Shown here: positions 1 through 8,363 of the stretch, one piece after another
Layout: each line of letters begins with the position of its first letter
Position numbering within the stretch: position 1 is the stretch's first letter
UHGV virus genome: UHGV-0283311
Reading direction: 5' to 3' (one strand)
DNA length: 46,932 nt
Source: a virus
Notes under the pieces: generated by a model
Database searches by the model: none
What the model was told of the DNA's origin: nothing
What the model saw: the letters and a program-made list of their open reading frames with translations, nothing else
Made by a program: the position numbers and the translations under genes

Positions 1-10
1 GAGACTTATC

Positions 11-145
11 TTTTTAAAAGGTCTTTAAGAGGGTCTTTTAATGAGGTTTCGCTAGGTAGGGTAGTGTCCGGTTGGGTCTGGTAAGGTCAGGTTAGGTAAA
101 GTGAGGTAAGGGTGGATGGTAGTAGCCACGTTAAAAATCTACCAA
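11..145 (+). repeat. Repeat unit copy 0: conserved 39-nt arm, (GGTNN)n pentamer tract, conserved-loop hairpin
   Basis: 11-49 is identical to 1280-1318; 50-116 is GT-rich with 5-nt periodicity; hairpin stem tggtag 117-122 pairs ctacca 139-144, loop tagccacgttaaaaat. Confidence 0.6.
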
Positions 146-201
146 GTTTCTAAAGAGTCTTCTGTTGAGGGTTCTTTACAAACAACTTAACAACAAACTA
201 A

Positions 202-807
<606 letters not shown>

Positions 808-809
808 TT

Positions 810-1250
810 ATGAATACAAAAGCATTAGCAGCAAAGTTTAGTTACGGTGACACTGTATCACACTCTGAGATGGACACCTTCTTAGGTATTGTGAAGCCAA
901 CTTATCAAGGTGACATTGTTAAGTACGAAGATGAAATGAAGGCTTATGCGCTTACACGTCTAAACCGACTTGAGAAGTTTATTGAGAAGCTTCTTAAAGA
1001 AGAGAAGATTTATCTGGTTGCTTCAATGGGTGTTGGTTATCGTGTGGTTGAACCTAAGCATCAAGCAACTATTGCAAAACGTAAAATGTCTGGTAAGATT
1101 GGTCGCGCTTTAAAGCAAGCCACTCAAGCGATTGAGAATGTGAACACTATGGCACTTAGCCATCAAGAACGCTCACGACTGATTGAACAGCAAAACCATT
1201 TAGCTGCTATGAAAGCTAACATTAACAAGCAACGTAGAAAACCTTTCTAA
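810..1250 (+). CDS. hypothetical protein
   Basis: 146-aa ORF, ATG 3 nt after upstream stop, RBS gaaggtaa; followed by terminator. Confidence 0.6.
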   Translation: MNTKALAAKFSYGDTVSHSEMDTFLGIVKPTYQGDIVKYEDEMKAYALTRLNRLEKFIEKLLKEEKIYLVASMGVGYRVVEPKHQATIAKRKMSGKIGRALKQATQAIENVNTMALSHQERSRLIEQQNHLAAMKANINKQRRKPF

Positions 1251-1261
1251 GTTGACTAGGT

Positions 1262-1288
1262 AGCCTCTTCGGAGGCTCCTTTTTAAAA
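1262..1288 (+). terminator. Rho-independent terminator
   Basis: agcctc-ttcg-gaggct hairpin followed by cctttttaaaa. Confidence 0.7.
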
Positions 1289-1673
1289 GGTCTTTAAGAG
1301 GGTCTTTTAATGAGGTTTGGTATGGTCAGGTATGGTGTGGTGTTGTAAGGTTTGGTGCGGTCAGGTTAGGCTTGGTATGGGTAGTTAATCGGAGCTACAT
1401 AAAAATCCGATTACATCACTTAAGAGTCTTCTAAGAGGGTTTTTAAGTGGTGTTTGGTAGGATAGAGTAAGGTAAGTTAAGGTAGGGTGAGGTCTGGTAT
1501 GGTAAGGTAATGTATGGGTAGTTAGTCTCAGCTACATTAAAATGAGACTCACATCACTTAAGAGTCTTTAAAAAGGGTTTTTAAGTGTTGTGAGGTGATG
1601 TAAGGTCGGGTATGGCTATATCTTGTATGGTTTGGTATGGAAGGATGGCAGTAGCCTTATAAAAAATCTGCCA
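1280..1673 (+). repeat. Tandem array of three repeat units (A 1280-1413, B 1414-1549, C 1550-1673)
   Basis: Each unit has a conserved arm (ttaagagtcttctaagagggtttttaagtg-like), 11-14 in-register GTNNG pentamers, then a hairpin with conserved loop (gctacat[a/t]aaaa or tagccttataaaaaat) and covarying stem. Confidence 0.7.
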
Positions 1674-1691
1674 AATAAGCTATAAAATCTG

Positions 1692-1726
1692 TTGACAGTT
1701 CAGGTGTTATAGCTTATTTTTATACT
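1692..1726 (+). promoter_or_regulatory. sigma70-like promoter candidate
   Basis: ttgaca 1692-1697, 17-nt spacer, tatttt 1715-1720, then tatact; about 40 nt upstream of the 1765 gene. Confidence 0.4.
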
Positions 1727-1764
1727 CAACGTCATACAAAATTTAATATAACTTTGAGGTGTTT

Positions 1765-2148
1765 ATGAAAAAGATTTTATTAGCTGCTGCAATGGTTATG
1801 GCAATGAGTTTACCAGTTAATGCAACAGAACTGCCAAATGTGAACTTATCAGGTGTCCCAGAGGATACTTGCCAGATTGTAAAAGGTGTTGCTCTAGCTA
1901 ATGGTGAACTACTTAAACCAATCTCTGAAGAGTCTTTAACAGAGATGACTGATAAGGTAACTGACTACCAGTATCGTGTTCTTGCAGAGTATTTCCTGCA
2001 ATCTGCAAACATTAAAGAGAAACACCGTGATGATATTGATGTACAGGCGATGCTCAACCACCGTATCCAGTTTAAAGAAGATTTGATGCAAAAAGCTATG
2101 TATGGTGTGGAGTATTTCTTAGAAAACAGAAGCTGCACAGGTATTTGA
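1765..2148 (+). CDS. small secreted protein (signal peptide)
   Basis: N-terminus MKKILLAAAMVMAMSLPVNA resembles a Sec signal peptide; RBS gagg 5 nt upstream of ATG 1765 (track start 1759 is GTG). Confidence 0.6.
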   Translation: MKKILLAAAMVMAMSLPVNATELPNVNLSGVPEDTCQIVKGVALANGELLKPISEESLTEMTDKVTDYQYRVLAEYFLQSANIKEKHRDDIDVQAMLNHRIQFKEDLMQKAMYGVEYFLENRSCTGI

Positions 2149-2149
2149 T

Positions 2150-2362
2150 ATGGCTCTTAAAAAGTTACATCCCAGAAGCGGTTATGGTAAGATAATTGAC
2201 GATACAGACGGCTTTACAGTCTTTACAGTCATCTGTCAAGATGATTCACAGATTGAAAAGGCTCTTGATGATTATCTTAATGATGAACGTGAAAAGGTTA
2301 GGGCTACAAACATAGATTCATTGATTGACACTTCACGCAAACGGAAGAAGAAAGATGAATGA
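2150..2362 (+). CDS. small acidic hypothetical protein (candidate anti-defence partner of downstream HTH gene)
   Basis: 70 aa, acidic patches (IIDDTDG, DDYLNDERE); stop overlaps start of the HTH gene. Confidence 0.5.
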   Translation: MALKKLHPRSGYGKIIDDTDGFTVFTVICQDDSQIEKALDDYLNDEREKVRATNIDSLIDTSRKRKKKDE

Positions 2363-2654
2363 GGTTTTTGACCCTTATGCCCCACAAGATGATTGGGAGG
2401 CTGATAGAGAGGCTGAAATGGAGAGTTATATTTGTCCAATGGATGTAGACGAAATGAGAGACTTCGTTGCACATCGTTTTAAGAGAGAGATTAAATCCAG
2501 AGGTCTTTCTCAAGAGCAAGTCGCTAAAATTTGTGGCATCTCTCAAGCTCGTGTATCCAACATAATCCACCTCACTGGGAATGTCTCTCTTGAGTATATG
2601 TTGGAAGTATGTGAAAAATTTGGTGTTAATTTTAATTTAAGGTTGGCAGACTAA
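2355..2654 (+). CDS. HTH (XRE-like) DNA-binding protein
   Basis: LSQEQVAKICGISQARVSNI helix-turn-helix signature; track start 2325 is TTG, ATG at 2355 overlaps upstream stop. Confidence 0.6.
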   Translation: MNEVFDPYAPQDDWEADREAEMESYICPMDVDEMRDFVAHRFKREIKSRGLSQEQVAKICGISQARVSNIIHLTGNVSLEYMLEVCEKFGVNFNLRLAD

Positions 2655-2655
2655 T

Positions 2656-3015
2656 ATGAAACGTGAAAACATTATCCACTCTGAAAATTTCGCATTAGGC
2701 TTTTATGGTGTACCTACTCACCTTGAAAAGTATTATGGTGTAAAAATTCTTTCCAATCTCATTATGGCTTACAAAGATGGTAAGATTAAGCATACTGAGA
2801 AGAAACGTGTCATGGGCTATATGGCTGTAGGTTCAGCAATCTCGAACATTAAGTTGGAAACAACTAGCAGTCAGATTGTAAAAGACCACTTCATCAAAGA
2901 GCTTTACCAGAATCTTGATGGTGTAGATGTTCAGGCTGTTTGGCTAGATGTTGATGGTCACAACTACACAAGTTTTGTTTTTAAAAACGACGACATCAAG
3001 TGTCTGTTCCCATAA
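2656..3015 (+). CDS. hypothetical protein
   Basis: 119-aa ORF, ATG 2 nt after upstream stop. Confidence 0.55.
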   Translation: MKRENIIHSENFALGFYGVPTHLEKYYGVKILSNLIMAYKDGKIKHTEKKRVMGYMAVGSAISNIKLETTSSQIVKDHFIKELYQNLDGVDVQAVWLDVDGHNYTSFVFKNDDIKCLFP

Positions 3016-3028
3016 TAGGTGATTAACT

Positions 3029-3544
3029 ATGATTGATATCTACTTACAAGATGCTCATGCAGATTTCCTTAAAGAGATGCTTAAAAAGTTTATGGCTTCA
3101 CAGTATGAGAATGAAGCATCTTTTAAAATAGTTACATGTGGCGACGAAGCTGGTTTTGTTGAGATTGAACATGAAGATACTGGAAAGACTGTTTGTAAGT
3201 TACCTGATAGCATGTTCTCTAACACGTTCTTAACAAAGACTAGTATAAATGTTAAGCTTGTGCCTCAGATTGAAACATACTCTGGTACAGATTACCCTAA
3301 AGGTTTTAAGTCACTGATGAAGTACTTCTTAGATGACTTTGTGGGTAATCTTCTGAGGGAGGTAAAAGAAAGTCGTACAGTGTTGACTGTAGAGAACATG
3401 GGAGGAACTATCAAGGTCACTTCTGACTGTTTTGTTATGAGCCTCTTCGACTTCGTTCCTAAGAACTTTGATGGTATTCTGGATGAAGAAGATGACTGTG
3501 TAGACTTTATATTGGTTCTTGAGCCAGTTTTTGAGGTTAAATAG
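3029..3544 (+). CDS. hypothetical protein
   Basis: 171-aa ORF with RBS aggtga. Confidence 0.55.
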   Translation: MIDIYLQDAHADFLKEMLKKFMASQYENEASFKIVTCGDEAGFVEIEHEDTGKTVCKLPDSMFSNTFLTKTSINVKLVPQIETYSGTDYPKGFKSLMKYFLDDFVGNLLREVKESRTVLTVENMGGTIKVTSDCFVMSLFDFVPKNFDGILDEEDDCVDFILVLEPVFEVK

Positions 3545-3805
3545 ATGAAAATTGAATACTGCTATGAGTCTGATGGAACACCTATACGTTGTCCACATTG
3601 TGGGTGTACAGACTTGCAAGGTGAGGTGAGTGAAATAGTCAACGGTCATATTGCTGAAGAGAGCACAAGGTGTACAGGGTGTAGTGAAATCATTGCTTTC
3701 TGGGCTTATGGTTCATACCAACCTACACCGCACTTAATCTACCATAGCAATAAAGCTGTGAAGAATGTTATCAACTGGTTCATTAAGAGAGGGTTTACAA
3801 AATGA
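3545..3805 (+). CDS. zinc-ribbon protein
   Basis: two Cys pairs (CPHCGC ... CTGC), ATG directly after upstream stop. Confidence 0.5.
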   Translation: MKIEYCYESDGTPIRCPHCGCTDLQGEVSEIVNGHIAEESTRCTGCSEIIAFWAYGSYQPTPHLIYHSNKAVKNVINWFIKRGFTK

Positions 3806-4347
3806 TTAAATTAATCTTTGCAAGTGGTGAAAATGGAGAGTTTGGTACTCCAACTGGTATGCCGTGGCCTCGACATAAACAGGACATGCAAGAGTTTAAG
3901 AGACTCACTAAAAATAACTTAGTAGTGATGGGTAATGAGACTTTCAAGACTCTGGGGAGTAAACCTTTACCAGAACGTGCAAATCTCATCTTAACAAATT
4001 CTGTACCATACTTAGGCATAGATTTTGGCAAAGATGATGTAATGTATGCTAAGGCCAACAAAGAATCCTTTGGAGCATTTTTGAAGTATCTTGATAGTTC
4101 TATTGATGAAGATGTCTTTGTAATTGGTGGTGCAGGTGTCCTTGTCAATGCTTTACCGTATGCTGGTGTGGTGTTCCATACAGTCTTCCATAAAGTTACT
4201 GAAGAGGCCACTGTGCATTTACCTTTTGAAAACTTCTTCGATAAACTGTATGATAGCCGTGTATTTGCAAAGGTGCAGTCAAGACCCTCAGATGATGGTA
4301 AAGCAACCTTTGAGATTTATGTTCCACAAGTAAAAGGACACTTTTGA
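3802..4347 (+). CDS. folA: dihydrofolate reductase
   Basis: GMPW and FKRLTKNNLVVMGNETFKTLG align with the E. coli FolA N-terminal motifs as recalled; VIGGAGV glycine motif. Confidence 0.8.
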   Translation: MIKLIFASGENGEFGTPTGMPWPRHKQDMQEFKRLTKNNLVVMGNETFKTLGSKPLPERANLILTNSVPYLGIDFGKDDVMYAKANKESFGAFLKYLDSSIDEDVFVIGGAGVLVNALPYAGVVFHTVFHKVTEEATVHLPFENFFDKLYDSRVFAKVQSRPSDDGKATFEIYVPQVKGHF

Positions 4348-4348
4348 T

Positions 4349-5248
4349 ATGTCACAAGCTGATTTGAGTTACAAAAATATCCTGAACCATGTTTTATCCG
4401 TTGGTGAACTGCGTACTACACGAACTGGGGATGTTATCTCTGCATTTGCTCCACCTCAGTTTCGTTTTGATATGCGAACTGGTTTCCCGCTCTTAACATC
4501 TAAACAGGTGTTTACACGGCAAGTCATTGGGGAAGCTTTATGGTTCCTGAATGGTGAGAATAAACTTGGTGAACTCCGTTATCGCACTTGGGGTGAAAAT
4601 GATGGAGAACGTTGGACTATCTGGTCAGATGATTTTAAACGTTGGTTAAGCTCTAACTATTCTTCTGAGCAAGACTGGTTAGAAGATGCAGGTGGGAGAA
4701 TCTACGGGGTTCAGTGGAGAAACTTTGAAGGTCATAATGGTTGTGTTGTAGACCAGTTAGAAACCTTAGTAACGAAGATGAAAGGTGATATCACAGACCG
4801 TTACATGCTTGTTAATGCTTGGAATGCAGCAGATATTGCAGCAAACTCAATGGCTTTAGCACCTTGTCATGTTCTGTTTCAGATTTATATCACCAACGAA
4901 GGTGAAGTTGACTTGCAATGGTATCAGCGTTCTGTAGACACCTTTTTAGGGCTTCCATTTAATATTGCGTCTTATGGTTTTATTCTGGAAGTTCTTTGTA
5001 AGATGACTGGATACACTCCACGATACTTGATAGGTGTCTTTGGGGATACTCAGATTTACCAGAACCATATGAAGCAGGTTTATGAACTGATGAACAATGA
5101 AGAGTTCCATGCACCTACTTTTGAGATTGGTGTGCAGCTTAACACTTTAAGTGACTTAAAACATCTTACTGCAAGTGATTTTGTTGGTGGCATTAACAAC
5201 TACCAACATGCAGGGAAGATTGAAGCACCTCTGTCAGTAGGCAAGTAA
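4349..5248 (+). CDS. thyA: thymidylate synthase
   Basis: MALAPCHVLFQIYI (catalytic Cys), YQRSVDTFLGLPFNIASY, GVQWR and GDTQIYQNHM match ThyA signature blocks; adjacent to DHFR. Confidence 0.85.
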   Translation: MSQADLSYKNILNHVLSVGELRTTRTGDVISAFAPPQFRFDMRTGFPLLTSKQVFTRQVIGEALWFLNGENKLGELRYRTWGENDGERWTIWSDDFKRWLSSNYSSEQDWLEDAGGRIYGVQWRNFEGHNGCVVDQLETLVTKMKGDITDRYMLVNAWNAADIAANSMALAPCHVLFQIYITNEGEVDLQWYQRSVDTFLGLPFNIASYGFILEVLCKMTGYTPRYLIGVFGDTQIYQNHMKQVYELMNNEEFHAPTFEIGVQLNTLSDLKHLTASDFVGGINNYQHAGKIEAPLSVGK

Positions 5249-5255
5249 AACAAAA

Positions 5256-5279
5256 AAGGCTCCTTTTTACGGGAGCCTT
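5256..5279. terminator. bidirectional terminator between convergent genes
   Basis: aaggctcc ... ggagcctt hairpin with A-run on one side and T-run on the other. Confidence 0.65.
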
Positions 5280-5284
5280 AAACT

Positions 5285-5656
5285 TTATTTTTCAGTATTC
5301 TTTGTGTTCTTTTCAGTAATAGCTTGGAGGGCTGATACTGATTGAGCCAGATTGTTCACACTGTCAGAGAATTTATCAAGAGTTTTGGTAAGTTTTGCGT
5401 TTTCACCCTTAACATTCTCTAACTGAACTTTCTGGTTCTCCATCCCTAGCTGAATCAGTCTCATGTCAGACTGTAAATCACGAATAGCTGAATAGTTACT
5501 TTTGGAATAATTATCTAGCTGCTGTAACTTTGTTGTGACAGACACTTCTTGTTTACCACTTGAAACCTGCATCGTGGTATACATCCCAATAACACTAAAA
5601 ATACCAACTACAATTGCACCAATATTATTTTTAAAAGCTTCCTCTAGCCACTTCAT
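5285..5656 (-). CDS. membrane-anchored coiled-coil protein
   Basis: N-terminal hydrophobic segment IGAIVVGIFSVIGMYTT then heptad-like helix; RBS gggggag. Confidence 0.5.
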   Translation of the reverse strand: MKWLEEAFKNNIGAIVVGIFSVIGMYTTMQVSSGKQEVSVTTKLQQLDNYSKSNYSAIRDLQSDMRLIQLGMENQKVQLENVKGENAKLTKTLDKFSDSVNNLAQSVSALQAITEKNTKNTEK

Positions 5657-5850
5657 TTATTCTCCCCCTTAAAAGCTTTTTCTAAGTTATCTACGAACTC
5701 ATCATCAATAGGTGTGTCTGTTTTACTCGCAAGGTATCTTGCAAGCCTAAAGAACACTTTCTCAATCATGTATTCACTTAGAAGGGATAAAATGAGTTTC
5801 CAGAAGAAGCTACCTAGATTTTTTAGAAGAATTGCTAGGATTGTAGGCAT
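5653..5850 (-). CDS. small hydrophobic protein
   Basis: 65 aa, hydrophobic N-terminus, RBS gaggtga; stop overlaps next start. Confidence 0.45.
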   Translation of the reverse strand: MPTILAILLKNLGSFFWKLILSLLSEYMIEKVFFRLARYLASKTDTPIDDEFVDNLEKAFKGENK

Positions 5851-5929
5851 TTAATCACCTCATCAGCCAAGATGGTGAGAATACCCATAAAGAATATTAA
5901 CACCATCTTAACAATCAGTCAACAAGGGA

Positions 5930-8317
5930 TTAAGCAGTTCTTACCCAAGCCATTAACTTGTAGAACTGGTTAGTAACACTAAATGCCGAACCAGAACCTG
6001 TGCTACCAGTGTTACCACTAACTGTGTGGCTATGAGCACCAATACCTACAGAGTGGGAATGGTCACCAGCACCGCTTGTAGTACCAGACCACGTGTGTGT
6101 ATGGTTACCAGTTGTGTTAGTGTTAGGGAACTTGTTATCTTTTCTATCAAGCCAGTCAAGAGTTCTTGTCTTGCTGTTGCTAACAGTTGTGTAACCATAC
6201 TGAGCATCACCACCATTAACTAATAACAGACCTAAGTGGTGAGCGTGGTTGCCAGCAGCACTTGTTGTACCACTTACAGAGTGAGAATGACCACCAGTAC
6301 TGTTAGTTCCCTTCGTACCATAATCAAAAGATGAAGTGGTAGCAGAGAAGCTATGGGTATGTGATGGTAAGTTCCCAACAGCTAACGTCACAGAATCTGA
6401 ACCACCAGTTGTAGCAACATCTGAACCGTTTGCTGCTGCAATTCTGATAGTTCTACCAACACCATTATTCAGGTACGTCCAAGTTAGACCAGGCAACGCT
6501 GTGTTAGGGTCAACATTACTGTTAAACCACGTTACAATGCCTACTGGATAGATTTTATTAAGGTCTGTAGAGTCACTAATTGCTGTTGCAATTTTCTGGT
6601 CAGTTTCTACTTTAGTGTATGCACCAATATCTGAAGGGGTTGGTTTAAATGCCGTTGAATACAACTGTGCCTCTCCAACATATGCTCCATCTGACCCATA
6701 AGCGTATGTGAAGACATCAAGACCTCTAGACCCATATGTAAAAGCGATACCTCTGGCATGAGCAATACCAGCAGAATGTGCTACATGGATGGCTAAATCT
6801 TTCAGACCCTGCTCAATAGCGTTGTTTCTTACAAATCCTGAATAATCTTTGTTGAATGATGATGGGTCATCCAGTCTATTAGCTGTCCTTGTCATTAAAG
6901 ATTGGTTTAATAGTTTTGTTTTCAAGAAATATCTAGCATCTAAGTTAGAGAAATCTGAAGGTTGAACTTGACCAGTAATTCTGACATTTTTATCCAACAA
7001 GAAATCATCTTGCATATAAAGCGTAGTTGCAGTTCTGTCGTTACGGATAGTAAACCTTGTTGGGTTGGATGGTTCCCCATTACCGATGTACCACCTTCTA
7101 ACACCATCAGCATTATGACCAGCAAAGTATAGCTCTCTGTCTTGTGTAGTGTTCTTTAGCTGTAATAATGAGCCATTCAGATTGATAACCTGTACAGACC
7201 TGAAAGTGTTTACATCACTTAGTTTAGCAAGATTACTCAAAGTAGCCGCTGGAATGTATCTAGAATCAATGTTAGACCAATCAGAAGGTTGAACTTGACC
7301 AGCAACCCTAAGCTGCTTGTTAACCTCAACAAAACCATTATCAAGTCTAAGATTAGAGCCATACGTATAGTTGTGGATTAATACAGCAGGTGTATTATCA
7401 CCATTACCTACATACCACTTACCAGAGCCATCACTACTTTCACCTTTAATGTATAGTGCACCATTTGCTATAGTATTTTTTAACCTTAATGCGCCGCTAT
7501 TCGTTAAAATTGATACAGCTTGGTTAAACGTATTAACACCACTAAAAGTATTATTCGCAGCTAACTGTGCAAATCTCTGATTAGCCACTGTCTGAGTAAA
7601 GTATCTAGCATCTAAGTTAGCAAAACTTGAAGGCTGAACTTGGCCAGCAATTTGAAGAGTCCTGTTGACTGTCACCAAATTCTCTAAAATAGCAATTGAA
7701 ACGTCGGACTTTACATTCTTTAATACAAGATTATGTGTACCCCTATTATCATTACCTAGATACCATCTGTTAGTACCATCTGCATCTTGACCACGAAGAT
7801 AGAGTGGAGCACCTTGAGTGATATTTTTGATAATGAGTGCTTCATTGTCAGAGAGGATAGCTTGAGTACCTCTAAAGGTGTTATTTACAGCAAGTCTTGC
7901 ATATCTTGCATCATTCTCTTCATTAGTTCTCATACCAAGCTCATTAGGACTTGGCTTATTCAGAGTATGATAAACGGTTGCCGACCTTGAAGCATCTGCA
8001 ATAGTCAGTTTAAGGCCATTTGCGTTAATTTTAAAAGTCTTTAAAACATCCCCAATATTAATCTCAGAAGAGCCTGTTGGGTTAAATACTACCTTACCAC
8101 CATAAAGTAACTTAACAATCCCTAAGTCACCTGTCATAGTGCTACCAGCAATCTGAACAAATCTCTCAAGTTTAAAAGATGCTAAGAAGTCTTGATAGGT
8201 CATTCGACGGTCTTCATCACCTAGCATTTCAGGTCTCTTTTTAACCCTGACATGAAGAAGGTCATCTGAACGGATTGTATCGATTGAGTTTAATTCACTC
8301 AACTTGTAATCTGCCAT
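5930..8317 (-). CDS. tail fiber protein with His-rich C-terminal tip
   Basis: four internal repeats each ending in an Asn/Gly-rich block ([32 protein letters not shown]); C-terminal HxH-rich [32 protein letters not shown]; position in tail module. Confidence 0.7.
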   Translation of the reverse strand: MADYKLSELNSIDTIRSDDLLHVRVKKRPEMLGDEDRRMTYQDFLASFKLERFVQIAGSTMTGDLGIVKLLYGGKVVFNPTGSSEINIGDVLKTFKINANGLKLTIADASRSATVYHTLNKPSPNELGMRTNEENDARYARLAVNNTFRGTQAILSDNEALIIKNITQGAPLYLRGQDADGTNRWYLGNDNRGTHNLVLKNVKSDVSIAILENLVTVNRTLQIAGQVQPSSFANLDARYFTQTVANQRFAQLAANNTFSGVNTFNQAVSILTNSGALRLKNTIANGALYIKGESSDGSGKWYVGNGDNTPAVLIHNYTYGSNLRLDNGFVEVNKQLRVAGQVQPSDWSNIDSRYIPAATLSNLAKLSDVNTFRSVQVINLNGSLLQLKNTTQDRELYFAGHNADGVRRWYIGNGEPSNPTRFTIRNDRTATTLYMQDDFLLDKNVRITGQVQPSDFSNLDARYFLKTKLLNQSLMTRTANRLDDPSSFNKDYSGFVRNNAIEQGLKDLAIHVAHSAGIAHARGIAFTYGSRGLDVFTYAYGSDGAYVGEAQLYSTAFKPTPSDIGAYTKVETDQKIATAISDSTDLNKIYPVGIVTWFNSNVDPNTALPGLTWTYLNNGVGRTIRIAAANGSDVATTGGSDSVTLAVGNLPSHTHSFSATTSSFDYGTKGTNSTGGHSHSVSGTTSAAGNHAHHLGLLLVNGGDAQYGYTTVSNSKTRTLDWLDRKDNKFPNTNTTGNHTHTWSGTTSGAGDHSHSVGIGAHSHTVSGNTGSTGSGSAFSVTNQFYKLMAWVRTA

Positions 8318-8336
8318 TATAAATTTTCCTCTTAAA

Positions 8337-8354
8337 AGGGGCTATCAAGCCCCT
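8337..8354 (-). terminator. GC-rich hairpin between the two fiber genes
   Basis: aggggct-atca-agcccct; minus-strand transcript has hairpin followed by TTTTAAG. Confidence 0.35.
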
Positions 8355-8363
8355 GTAAAGAAA

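Noticed and set aside
1280-1680. CRISPR array interpretation of the repeat units
   Set aside because: Units are ~130 bp, internally pentamer-periodic and only partly conserved; there are no short identical direct repeats separated by unique spacers.
4349-5248. dCMP hydroxymethylase instead of thymidylate synthase
   Set aside because: Motifs match ThyA closely and the gene is coupled to DHFR; hydroxymethylase cannot be fully excluded without alignment.
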